Shown here: positions 1-11,851 of the stretch, piece by piece
How positions within the stretch are numbered: position 1 is the first letter of the stretch
How the letters are laid out: every line of letters begins with the position of its first letter
Source: Mobula hypostoma
Lineage: Eukaryota
NCBI RefSeq assembly: GCF_963921235.1
Contig: NC_086118.1
Location: 26,910,001-26,974,000, forward strand
DNA length: 64,000 bases
Reading direction: 5' to 3'
The notes under the pieces: generated by a model
What the model saw: the letters and a program-made list of their open reading frames with translations, nothing else
Told to the model about the DNA's origin: nothing
Databases searched by the model: none
Translations under genes and position numbers: made by a program

Positions 1-1355
1 AAGAGCTCGTAAGGGTGTTACACTTAGCGTAAAACTAGACATAATTAAGCGTTTTGATCGTGGTGAACGAAGTAAGGACTAAGTGAGTTTGGCTTGTGGA
101 AGCTGACGAACATGATGTTGAAGAGATTTTGGCATCCCATGACCAAGAACTGATAGATGAAAAACTGATGCAATTGGAAGAGGAAAGGATAACAATCGAA
201 ACCCAATTCATTAGCGAAATGAACGTGAAGCAACTGCGTGAGATTTTCACTGCAATGGTAAAGTACGACTTTAACCTTGAAAGGGTACGTAGGTTTAGGG
301 GATATTTGCAGGATGGTTTGAGTGCTTACAAAGAACTGTATGATAGAAAAATGCGTGAGGCTCAGCAGTCAAGCAAGCCTTCCACATCAGCCCCAACAGA
401 CGACGAACCTCGACCTTCGACGTTTAGGCGGGCAGTCATAGGAGAAGATGAGCTGCCTGCCCTAATGGAAACAGACGATGAGATGACACCCCAGTGTCCC
501 ACCACCCCAACACCCAGGCCGTGGACAGATACCGATTCGCGGAGAATGCAGTGGTAGCCGGGAGGGACACAGCACATCTTTAAGGAAAAAAGCAGAAATA
601 AACATGCTAATTAATTAGGTGCCGCCCAACACGTAATTGTCCGCCCAGATCAGAGGCAATGTAATCGACAATCGCCTCTGATCCGGGCCGACATTTATGT
701 GCCGGGCAGCACCTAATTAATTAGCATGTTTATTTCAGCTTTTTTCTTAAAGATGTGCTGGATGCCTCCTGGCTACCGCTGTATCCCTGCATGCTTCATG
801 GATCGGTATCGGTCGGTGGCCCAGAGGGTGGGGGCCACTGCACCACCCCAACCTGCAACGACTCAGCTTAACACCATCATCAGTGTGCTCAGCGCTGTCC
901 CGATTCCGGTAAGTGATACTACACTGTACATACATTATTTCTACTTTATATAGGCTGTGTATTTTTATGTGTTATTTGGAATGATTTGGCAGCTTCATAG
1001 CTTAAAGGTTACTGGACAGAGTGTTATTGACAACAGTGCTTGCGTGAGATTTTCCGGCGAGAGCGCTTGCGTGAGATTTTCGCTACAGAGAACAGTACCG
1101 GCAATGATTGTGGAAAAGTATTTCTACCTTATATAGGCTGTGTATTTATCATATCATTCCTGCTTTTACTATATGTTACTGTTATTTTAGGTTTTATGTG
1201 TTATTTGGCATGATTTGGTAGGTTATTTTTGGGTCTGCCAACGCTCACAAAATTTTCCCATATAAATAAATGGTAATTGCTGCTTCGCTTTACGACATCT
1301 CGGCTTACGAACCGTTTCATAGGAACGCTGTACCTTTGGATAGCAGGGGAAACCG
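1..1355 (+). mobile_element. Internally deleted Tigger/pogo-family DNA transposon (left end outside window)
   Basis: Bases 1-80 encode RARKGVTLSVKLDIIKRFDRGERSKD (N-terminal HTH), joined directly to an acidic C-terminal remnant (ORF 96-557). The right end ...GGGGAAACCG is followed by TA. Bases 930-1355 match the reverse complement of 23388-23830. Confidence 0.85.
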
Positions 1356-1702
1356 TATTCAGAACCAAACTGAGTCCAGAGTAGGCACATAACCTCAGTT
1401 TCAGTTCATCACAGTGCGGCAAATTGCTGTGAAGCTTGCAGACACAAAGCACAGAGGAGCCAGAGCAGTCTCACAGCCTCAGTCCCTTGGAGTGGAGTAC
1501 ACTTCACTACAGAGTGAGCGGAATCAGCCCAACCCTCACTTCTGGTCCTGACACTTTGCCTTTTCAGTCTAACTCAGTTGGTGTTTAAAATCACCCAAAC
1601 ACCAGGTCATACCCTACACTAGGACCTGGGCCCTGCTGCAGCAATACACTCTGGGCCTGTGGCCACAAATACCTTTACATTTCCTTTTGTCTCTAAACTC
1701 AC

Positions 1703-1790
1703 CTCCATGTGGCCGAAGGTTTGCACTAATGGAATTATTTCAAACTTCAGTGTCTTGGCCAGAACCATAAGATCTTTGATGTCTGAAGGA
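1703..1790 (-). CDS. HEXD: Hexosaminidase D (GH20), coding exon 3
   Basis: Acceptor ttgcag, then T+PSDIKDLMVLAKTLKFEIIPLVQTFGHME, then donor gtgagt. 88 nt, in phase with the previous exon. Matches the HEXD motif IPLVQTFGHME. Confidence 0.96.
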
Positions 1791-2734
1791 CTGCAATGTA
1801 GAATGCATTTCTTTATTGAAAATTCTCACACAACATAGTTCAACATAACTTCTCAGTTCTCATCTCCTACAGAGCTGGTTGAACTTAATCAAATTGTTAA
1901 ATAACCTGCAACAGAATAATGAGACAATCTACTTCACAGAAGAAACATGCAAGACCTCTATAGGTATTTCACACAATCACTGACATGTGACTTTGCTGCA
2001 TGCCTGCTCCAGAATAGAACACGGCTTTCTGCTGTATGCATGTTTGACCTTTTGTACTAACCATCTAATCTGCTACTTTTCGTTTTGGAAGGTGCAATTT
2101 ATCCATGCACACGAATGGCAGAGCAAGTTGAGTATATAATTCTTAACTAAAAGGAAAGGATTTATTAAATTCTGCAGTAAATTTACTTTACTCCACTTAA
2201 CTCTCAATAGTTACCATACACTCAATTTCATATTAAGCACCACAGCTTGGGTATTATTGTTTGTACATCTCAAAGAAACTGGACAAAATATAAAATGGGG
2301 GAGACAGATTTGAGAGCATGTGCTTTGAGGTTTTTTATGTGCCTTTGAACATATTCATATTATAACATATAGTCATATCAGGAAATCAATTAGTCCATCT
2401 GCTTCATGAGCATTTAAATATAATAATTTATTTTAGGAAAGGAAACAACACAGAAGAATGAAATAGTAACTTACTTATTATTTGCAATAAAGAAAGAAGG
2501 GCTGCTAACACAGTGTAACTGAGTTTACCTTATGAAATCCACAATGTATAAAGTGCAAGGAAGTGCATGTCATAGAATACTGAGAAAACAGACATTGCTT
2601 TCACCTGGCAGATCACATAATTGCTGGTATGCAACTTCCGGGACATATGAGTTATGCATACTGTGCTACTTCTAAGGTGACGTGGTGATGTGAACTGCGT
2701 GCACAGTTGTGAATACAATCAAATGACAACAAAC

Positions 2735-3950
2735 ACTTTAGCAAGGCCTTTGACAAGGCCCTGAATGGGAGGTTGGTCAAGAACGTTCAGTCGCTTGCCA
2801 TTCAGGATGAGGGAGTAAATTGGCTTTGCGTGAGAAACCAGAGAGTGGTAGTAGATGGTTGCTTCTCTAACTGGAGGTCTATGACTAGTAGCGTGCCGCA
2901 AGGAAGGTGCTTGCTGCATTGATATTTGTCATTTATATTAATGACCTGGATGATAGTGTAGTAAACTAGATCAGCAAATTTGTGGATGGGGCATAGTGGA
3001 CAGCGAGGAAGGCTATCAAAGGTTGCAGTGGGAGCTGGACTAGCTTGGAAAATGGGTTGAAAGATGGAAGGTGGAATTTAATGCAGACAAATGCGAGATG
3101 TTGTACTTTGGGAGATCAGACCAGGGTAAATAGAACTTACACTGCAAGCGGTAGGGCACTGAGGAATACAGAAAAACAATGAGATCGGGGAATAAAAATC
3201 CAGAATTCCTTGAAAGTGGCATCACAGTTAGATAGGGTTAAACACATCTTTTGGCACATTGGCTTTCATAAATCAGAGTATTGAGTACAGGAATTGGGAT
3301 GTTATGTTGAAGTTGTAAAAGACGTTGGTGAGACCTAATTTGGAGTATTGTGTGCAGTTCTGGTAATCTACCTACACAAAAGGCCAATAAGGTTGAAAGA
3401 ATGCAGAGAAAATTTACAAGAGTGTTGCCAATACTTGAGAAACTAAGTTATAGGGAAAGGTTGAATAGGTTAGGACTTTATTCTCTAGAGAGCATAAGAG
3501 CATAGGAGAATGAGGGGAGATATGGTAGAGGTATGCAAAATGATGGGGGGTATAGGCTTTTTCCACTGAGGCTGGATGAGATTAGCACTAGAGGTCATGG
3601 GGGGTGGGGGTTGGCTTTTTCCACTGAGGCTGGATGAGATTAGCACTAGAGGTCATGGGGGGGGGGGGGGGTTGGCTTTTTCCACTGAGGCTGGATGAGA
3701 TTAGCACTAGAGGTCATGGTTTCAGGGTGGAAGGTGAAATGTTTAAGGGGCACATGAGGAGGAACATCTTCACTCAGAGGCTGGTGAGCGTGTGGAATGA
3801 GCTGCCAGTGGAAGTGGAGAATGTGGACTCCATTTCAACACTTATGAGAAATTTGGATAGGTACATGATGGAAATACGCAGAAGAACAGTTTGGCACAAA
3901 CAAACAGGCCGAACATCCTCTTTCTGTGCTGTAGAGTCCCATGTCTCTAT
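2735..3950 (+). mobile_element. CR1-clade LINE, 3' fragment (decayed RT and 3' UTR)
   Basis: Remnants SKAFDK, LVRPNLEYCVQFW and FTQRLVSVWNELP, plus a CR1-type 3' end. Confidence 0.85.
3555..3719. repeat. Tandem triplication (58-61 bp unit) inside the CR1 fragment
   Basis: GGCTTTTTCCACTGAGGCTGGATGAGATTAGCACTAGAGGTCATGG starts at 3555, 3613 and 3674, separated by G-runs. Confidence 0.95.
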
Positions 3951-4179
3951 AACTCAAATGCATTGCAAAGAGGATTGTGACCTTGTTTTATAAAGGAATG
4001 TAATAAATTAAACAATTAGAATTAGTTTTGCGTTAAATTAATTTCACATCTTAAACACTTTTTATTTGTAATCTCTTTTTAGTTACAAGATATTGCTTTG
4101 GTTTACTACACTATTTTATGGTAAAGCAGAAAAAATTATTTCTACTAACAAAACATTATTGTACTTGTATAACAGTCAC

Positions 4180-4289
4180 CTGTAAGCATTTGGAGACTTT
4201 AAAACTTGTAGCTTTCCCTCATATGGAAACATATCTTCATATTCCAGGAGAATACCATCTGCACCAAGGTCTGCAAACAGAGGAAAGAT
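4180..4289 (-). CDS. HEXD: Hexosaminidase D, coding exon 2
   Basis: Acceptor ttttcgtag, then [36 protein letters not shown]+AG, then donor gtgact. 110 nt. Contains the HEXD motif [10 protein letters not shown]. Confidence 0.97.
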
Positions 4290-4489
4290 CTACGAAAAGA
4301 AAGTCTGCAATGGACCTGCTTCATTCTATATCTTAAAGCCTTAATCAAAAATGTTTGGACTATGACATGTTAAAATTCTGTTCAACAATTCCTTCCTGTA
4401 ATGTTTTGATATCTTAAATAATAGAGAAAAGTGGGATAAGTCATTTACAAGTGGGGTAAGTTACAAGTGCATTTAAGGAAACAAGGTTT

Positions 4490-7302
4490 TAAACTCCTAA
4501 TACCGACTATCTTGCTGGCAAATGTGCAGTCTCTGGTGAATAAAATCGATGATCTCAGAGCTAGGGTACTGAATCAGAGGGACATTAGGACCGCGTGTGT
4601 CCTTTGTTTCACAGAATCCTAGTTAACCCCTTCTGTACTGGATGCAGCAATTTAGTTTGATGGGTTCACTATTCACTATCAGGATTGATCTATAGAGTCT
4701 CCCAAAAGCAGAGGTGGAGGAGTATGCCTCATGATCAGCTCTTCTTGGTGCACAAATATACTAGTACTGTCCCAATTCTGCTCACCAGACCTGGAATATC
4801 TAGCATTTAAGTGCCATCCTTTTTACCTACCACAGGAGTTCTCCAGGGTCATTTTGGTAGCATTATACATTCAACCTGAGGCCAATGTCAATCAGGCTTT
4901 AGATGATCTGAGCAATGGGATCAACATGTATGAAACAGCTCATCCTAACGTCTTCACCATTGTTCTGAGAGATTTTAACCAGTCCAGACTGGAAAAAAGA
5001 AATCACTAGAGCAATTGCCATCAACAGATCACTTACAATACCAGAGGAAACAGCACACTGGACCATTGCTACACCACCATCAAGAATGCCTACTGTGCTA
5101 TTCCATGCCCTCACTTTGGGAAGTCTGATCACCTGGCTGTACTTCTACTCCCTGAGTATAGGCAGAGACTGAAGACTGCAGCACCAGTAGTGAGGACCAA
5201 GAAGGTATGGATAAGGGAAGTACAGGAGCGCCTACAAGACTGCTTTGAATTGGTGGACTGGACTGTACTCAGGGATTCACCTTTGAATCTGCAGTTGTTA
5301 CCGACTTCATTAAAACCTGTGTGGATGAGTGTGTGCCTATAAAGACTTACTGCACATTCCTAAACCAAAAGCCGTGGATGAACCAGGAGGTACATTGTCT
5401 GCTGAAGGCTAGATCTATGGCATTCAAGTCTGGTGATCCAGGCCTGTACCAGAAAACCAGGTATGATCTATGTTAGGGGTATTTCAAGGGCGAAGAGACA
5501 ATTTCGAATGAGGTTGGAGGCAACATCGGATGCACGACAACTCTGGCAGGGCTTGCAAGACATTACTTCCTACAAGGTGAAACTCAATAGCATAAATGGC
5601 AACGATGCTTCAGTACCAGATGAACTCAATGCCTTCTATGCCCGCTTTGTACAGCTGTGAAGATCCTTGCTGCACCTGATGACCCTGTGATCTCTGTCTC
5701 AGAGACCGATGTTAGGCTGTCTTTAAAAGAGAGTGAACCCTCGCAGAGTGGAAGGTCCTGATGGAGTACCAAGCAAAGCTCTAAAAACCTGTGCCACCCA
5801 ACTGGCTGGAGTATTCAAGGACATTTTCAACCTCTCACCGCTATGGGCGGAAGTTCCCACTCGCTTCAAAAAGGCAACAATTATACCAGTGCTTAAGAAG
5901 AATAACATAAGCTGCCTTAATGACTTATCGCCCAGTAGCATCCACATCTACAGTGATGAAATGCTTTGAGAGGTTGGTCATAACTAGACTGAATCCCTGC
6001 CTCAGCAAGGACCTGGACCTGTTGCAACTTGCCTATCGCCACAATAAATCAACGGCAGATGCAATCTCAATATCTCTTCACACGGCTTTAGACCACCTGG
6101 ACAACACAAACACCTGTGTCAGAATGCTGTTCATAGACTATAGGTCAGCATTTAAAACCATCATTCTCACAATCCTGATTGAGAAGTTGCAGAACCTGGG
6201 GCTCTGTACCACCCTCTGCAATTGGATCCTTGACTTCCTAATCGGAAGATGACAATCTGTGCAGATTGGTGATAACATCTCCTCCTTGCTGACGATTAAC
6301 ACTGGTTCACCTCAGGAATGTGAGCTTAGCCCACTGCTCTACTCTCTATATACCCATGACAGTGTAAGGCATAGCTCAAATACCATCTATAAATTTGAAG
6401 ACGTTACAACCATTGTTGGTAGAATCTCAGGTGGTGACGAGAGGGTGTACAGGAGTGAGATATGCCAACTAGTGGAGTGGCGCCACAGCAACAACCTGGC
6501 ACTCAACATCAGTAAGACGAAAGAGCTGATTGTGGACGTTAGGAAGGGTAAGACGAAGGAACACATACCAATCGTCATAGAGGGATCAGAAATGGAGACA
6601 GTGAGCAGTTTCAAGTTCCTGGGTGTCGAACTAACCTGGTCCCAACATACTGATGCAGTTATAAAGGCGGCAAGACAGCAGCTATACTTTATTAACAATT
6701 TGAAGAGATTTGGTTATGTCAACAAATACACTCAAAAACTCCTATAAATGTACCATGGAGAGCATTCTGACAGGTTACGTCACTGTCTAGTATGGGGGGG
6801 GTGGGGAGCTACTGCACAGGACTAAAAGAAACTGCAGAGGGTTGTAAATTTAGTCAGCTGCATTTTGGGTACTAGCCTCCAAAGTACGCATGACCTCTTC
6901 AAGGAGCGGTGTCTCAGAAAGGAAGCGTCCATTATTAAGGGCCTCCAGAACCCAGGCATGCCCTTTTCTCACTATTACCATCTGGTAGGAGGTACAGAAG
7001 CCTGAAGGTACACACTCAGTGATTCAGGAACAGCTTCTTCCCCTCTGTACCCGATCCCTAAATGGACATTGAACCTTGGACACTACCTCACTTTAAAAAA
7101 AATAAATAATTTTTTTGCACGATTTAAGATCTATTCAATGTAAGTATACTGTACTCTATAAAGTATATGGAATAAGATTTATTATTTTCTATTATTAGTT
7201 TGTTTTATTTTTATTCTTCTATATTATGTATTTCATTGAACTGCTGCTACTAAGTTAACAAATTTCAACTCATGCTGGTGATAATAAAAACCTGATTCTG
7301 AC
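4490..7302 (+). mobile_element. Rex1/Babar-clade LINE, near-complete but disrupted APE-RT ORF
   Basis: ILLANVQSLVNKIDDLR (APE start), [49 protein letters not shown]. Many stops and frameshifts. 3' tail AATAAAAACCTGATTCTGA. Confidence 0.9.
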
Positions 7303-8571
7303 TTAATTTGACCATCATTTAAAAAAAATGGCATAAATTTTAGCACATTGATGAAAGAAAAATGAAGGTTATGGGTGATGTTGGAGGGAAGGGTTAGCGA
7401 TCTTGGAGTAGGGTTAAACGGACAGTACAACTTAGTGGGCTGAAGACTCTACTGTGCTGAACTGTTCTACTATGTTCTAAATTTAAAGTACCTTTTAACA
7501 TTAGAAAGAGAACATTTTTAAGATTCAGATCTTATAACAATAAAATTCAGATTATTGTAGTTTTATTGCAGATAAAATGCATTTATTTCGGCCTGTTTTA
7601 TCTAATGCAGTGAGGATTAAATTATGCTAGTTGGAATTTAGCAATAAGAGCAGAACATTAACCAATGTGCCCAATTTACTGTCTTTCCTATCTTTTCTAA
7701 GACAGGACATCCGCCTTTACATACTTTAAATGGTGACTTGACTTGCAGTTTTATCTACAGTCTAATCACAGCTGACAAGTAGTTGCCCATGACAACACTT
7801 TCCTAAACACTCAAATATTACTCAGTTATATTTTATTTTACTGTGTCAAATTAATTACAGTACTAGAATCTTAGAACTTTGCAGCATTAAAGGATTCTAC
7901 CAAGTACTTTGTTCCACATCCTTCTAGCAGTTTAAATATTTAAATAACTCATTTTAAAGCTGTAAGCACCAAATATAATCAACATTTGAGCATCCACAAG
8001 CCTCTGAAGTCTTAAAAATCCAAAGATTTACTTCGTTTTGTGTGAAGGTTTGTTACCTGCTCTCAGTTTACATATCAATACTCCTTATACTCCTTATTGT
8101 TATAGATACTCCAGCCAGCTTCAACAGCTTCTTGTGATCTATTTACCAATCCCCTTCAAATTATTACATCTCATTACAATTTCTCACTCTTATAAACTTG
8201 AATGAGTATTGGCCAAACATACTGAATGTTTCCACATAGGATATCTCCCTTACATCAGTAACTAAATGAACCATCACTTTACCAACAAGATGGTGATCTT
8301 GACTTCAAACGAAAAGAGCCCCAATTCCTGTAATCTATCCTACATAAAACTGTTAAAATAAGTAACCTTCTCATCCAATCCTCTCTAGGACTTAATACAT
8401 CCAAAACTTGATACCACATTTTAAATACTGTTTCATCAATTAGACAACATCTTTCACCGCCCAAACATAACTAAACAATAACTAACTTCTTGGAAGTTTA
8501 GAGTGACCTTTTGTTATACTACTAAGTCATTATTAAATACAAAAAATCCATCATTATGTTTATTAAAGTAC

Positions 8572-8700
8572 CTCGCGTAAGTAGGAGATCTTAGGTGGCG
8601 CGCCTTTCAAATCCAGATGAACTAATTTTAAACCTAGTTGTGGAGGTTTATGCATTTTAACATCCGCTTCCATTGGTTTATCCCCTTGACCATCTGCCAT
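8572..8700 (-). CDS. HEXD: Hexosaminidase D, first coding exon (whole exon 8572-8729 including 5' UTR)
   Basis: Encodes MADGQGDKPMEADVKMHKPPQLGLKLVHLDLKGAPPKISYLRE, then donor gtac. Contains the GH20 HEXD signature LVHLDLKGAPP. Acceptor ttccttcag at 8730-8738; in-frame TGA two codons upstream of the ATG. Confidence 0.96.
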
Positions 8701-9206
8701 TTTTCAACCAATTTAGGGCAATATACTACCTGAAGGAAATAAAATAAAATAATTTTCATGCACTGGCTTACTTTCATCCAAACTGTACAAAACATGGCCT
8801 TGTGCACAATTCATGGCTGCAGCAACTCCTTCAAAAATGTTGTTAGTCTTTTAAATATTCAAGGATTAATGCAATATTGAAATTTGCACCATTATACCAA
8901 TTAGCTAGTTGATTGTTCCACATTCAATTAAATATTACAGACTTTGAAACAATTCGATCAGATGATAAAATGGAGCACAAATACATTATGACCAATTTTC
9001 TGATCCAAAATATTATAACTACGTAATCTTCAATTGATGACTAGGTTTTATACATAATAGGGAAAGTGTCCATGTTTCAAGCTGACAAACTAAAATTCAA
9101 ATTAAAATGGTTGTGGGGACTTGCACATGAATCAGTGCATACAGATGCACTTCAAGACAAGAGTAATAATTCACTGTAAGATAACAGGCAAAATAAATAC
9201 GATATC

Positions 9207-9731
9207 ATCAGTGGCCACTTTACTAGCTACAGCTGCTCTTTAATGCAAATATTTAATTAGACAATCATGTGACAGCAAGTCAATGTATAAAAGCATGCAG
9301 ACATCGTCAAGAGGTTCAGTTATTGTTCAGACCAAATATCAGAATGGAGAAGAAATGTGATCTAAGTGACTGACTGTGGGATGAATGTTGGTGCCAGATA
9401 GGGTGATTTGAGTATCTCTGAAACGGAGGATCTCCGGAGATTTTCACATACAAGTCTCTAGCTTACAGATTGGTGTGAGAAACAAAAGCATTGATTGAGA
9501 GGCAATTCCGTGGGCAAAAATGTCTTGTTAATGAGACATATTAGAGAAGAACGGCCAGACAGGTTCAAGAAAACAGGATGGCAACAGTAACTAAAATAAC
9601 CACCTGTTAGAACAGCGGTGTACAGAAGAGCATCTCTGAATGCACATGTCAAACCTTGAAGTGGATGGACTACAGCAGCAGAAGATCACACCAGGTTTCA
9701 CTCCTACATCTAATAAGGTGGCCATTGAGTG
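9207..9731 (+). mobile_element. Non-autonomous Tc1-family element
   Basis: Degenerate terminal inverted repeats (TIRs) TCAGTGGCCACTTTA...TAAGGTGGCCATTGAGTG followed by TA. Remnant of a Tc1 N-terminal HTH (MEKKCDLSD...LSISET). Same family as 34829-35297 and 42621-43188. Confidence 0.8.
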
Positions 9732-9895
9732 TATGCTTTAATTATAAGTGAGCTGGAATATGGATTTTGGAATTTCAGATAAAGGGTGTTCAACCTGCAC
9801 TACCTCAATACACAAACGAATTGATCTGTATTAACAGTATGCAATGCAAGCTTTTCACTGTATAGTACTATGCAATAGGTACATATACATAGCCA

Positions 9896-10735
9896 AGCAA
9901 CACACACAAAATGCTGGAAGAGCTCAGCAGGCCAGGCAGCATCTTTGGAAAAACAGTACAATCCACGTTTTGGGCTGAGACCCTTCCGCAGGACTGTAGA
10001 AAGAAAAAGGTGAAGAGTAGGTTTAAAAGGTGTGGGGAGGGGAGAAAAAACACAAGTGATGCCTGAAGAAGGAGGGATGAAATAAAGAGCTGAGAAATTG
10101 ATTGGTGAAAGAGATACAGGGCTGGAGAAGGGAGAATGTGATAGAGAACCAAAGGCTAAGGAAGAAATAATCCCTTTCCCCTCTCTCACCTTATCTCCTT
10201 GCCCACCCATCACCTCCCTCTGGCACTCCCCCCCCAACTTTTCTTTCTTCCATGACCTTCTGTCCTCTTCTATCACTCCTTCTCCAGCCCCCTATCTCTT
10301 TCACCAATCAACTTCCCAGCTCTTTACTTCATCCCTCCCCCTTCATGGAAATCCAAGCAACACACACAAAATGCTGGAGGAACTCAGCAGGCCAGGCAGC
10401 ATCTATGGCAACGAGTACTGTTGATATTTCAGGCCGAAACCTGGACTGTTTTGGCTCGAAACGTCAACTGTACTTTTTTTCCATAGATGCTGCCTGGCCT
10501 GCTGAGTTCCTCCAGCATTTTGCATGTGTTGCTCACCTATCACCTTGTGTTTCTCTCTCCCCTCCCCCATCTTTAAAATCTACTCCTCAGCTTTTCTTCT
10601 CCAGTCTGGCCAAAGGGTCTTGGCCCAAAACATCGACTGTATTCTTTTCCATAGATGCTGCCTGATCTGCTGAGTTCCTCCAGCATTGTGTGTGTGGCTT
10701 GGATTTCCAGCATCTGCATATTTTCTCTTGTTTGT
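9896..10735. mobile_element. Cluster of Penelope-like pseudo-LTR fragments in both orientations, including a fold-back unit at about 10358-10532
   Basis: The block GATGCTGCCTGGCCTGCTGAGTTCCTCCAGCATTTTG recurs on both strands. It is the same sequence that follows the GIY-YIG ORFs at 19.7 kb and 50.9 kb. Confidence 0.85.
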
Positions 10736-10768
10736 GAATATGTATCGCCAAGGTGTGTAAGATTTTTG

Positions 10769-11223
10769 CAGTACTGTAAAAACCTTATATTGCATGGTAC
10801 CTCTACTGCAAAAAAAATTATGATGCGAGTGATGATAAACCTAATTCTGATATGGGACTCTACTGTGTGTGGATTGAGAGGGGGAAGGAGCTCAGGGAGA
10901 GGGGAGTCATGGTTGGGAAAAGGGGAAGAGAGGAATGGGAATGGGAAGCACCAGAGACACATTCTGTAATGTTCAATAAACTAATTATTTGTAATCAAAT
11001 GACCTAGCCTGTGCCTCGGGGCTGGGAGTCTGCACCCACACCACTCCCCTTTGGCACTCCTTCACTGCCACCTGTCTCACATACCTCTGACAGTGCTCCA
11101 TCATTACCATTCCCATCGTAGTTTGCTCCTGGCAGATTTGCATACTCGCTCTCTGCTCTACGTTGACAAATCAGTGCAACAATCTCTAGTTATTTAGGTG
11201 CCTAAGACTTTTGCGGTGTACTG
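10769..11223. mobile_element. Probable Tc1/mariner-type MITE
   Basis: Ends are CAGTACTGTAAAAACCTTA and GTGCCTAAGACTTTTGCGGTGTACTG followed by TA (degenerate TIRs). No coding capacity. Confidence 0.5.
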
Positions 11224-11612
11224 TATCTCGGTACATGTGACAACAAAAGGAATTCCAATTTGTTTTCCTTTCGAGAATATGCCAGTCAATCCCCTGAATA
11301 CCAGATATACACCAATAGTCCAGATACGCCCTTTAAACACTAGCCATACAATTTAAAGCCTCCCAAAAGGTCCACGAACACAAGTAAATGGGAGAAAACA
11401 TACCTTCTCAGGGTAAGCAGGGCAGGGCAGAGGAAATAATAAATACCCCCCCCCCCCAATCGATTAGAACCCTCTTTATTGACGGACCACTAGACTGATG
11501 GTTCAGACTTCCCAGTGATGACCGGGCTGGACCCGAGCGTGAGGTTTCTGAAGGGAGAAACCCCGCCCTCAGGCTGCAGCACAGTATTGCGCCTCGGCCT
11601 GGTGCCGGAGCT

Positions 11613-11756
11613 CGGCCGCCCGAATCCCAGGCCGGTGTTGGGACGTTCCCCCTCCCACTTCGGCCGCCTGTATCCCTGCTCGGTGTTGGGACGTTCCCCC
11701 TCCCACTTCGGCCGCCTGTATTCCTGCCCGGTGTTGGGACGTTCCCCCTGCCCCCC
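11613..11756. repeat. 3 x 48-bp tandem repeat immediately upstream of the OGFOD3 start codon
   Basis: Units begin CGGCCGCC at 11613, 11661 and 11709. Each contains CGGTGTTGGGACGTTCCCCCT. Confidence 0.95.
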
Positions 11757-11768
11757 CACCTCCTTGCC

Positions 11769-11851
11769 ATGTCGGCGCTTCGCAGAGCAAGTTCGAGAAG
11801 GGCAGAGGAAAGGGGAGGCCGCAGTCCGCACGTTGACCAGGCCCGGCCCAG
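11769..11851 (+). CDS. OGFOD3: 2-oxoglutarate/Fe-dependent oxygenase domain-containing protein 3, coding exon 1
   Basis: GCCATG start; MSALRRASSRRAEERGGRSPHVDQARP+AG, then donor gtaggc. The phase-2 end fits exon 2. Basic N-terminus as in vertebrate OGFOD3. Confidence 0.85.

Noticed and set aside
96..557. 153-aa ORF as a host gene
   Set aside because: It is the C-terminal remnant of the deleted Tigger transposase, lying within a HEXD intron.
11613..11756. CRISPR-like array
   Set aside because: The units are contiguous tandem copies without unique spacers, there are no cas genes, and the context is vertebrate.
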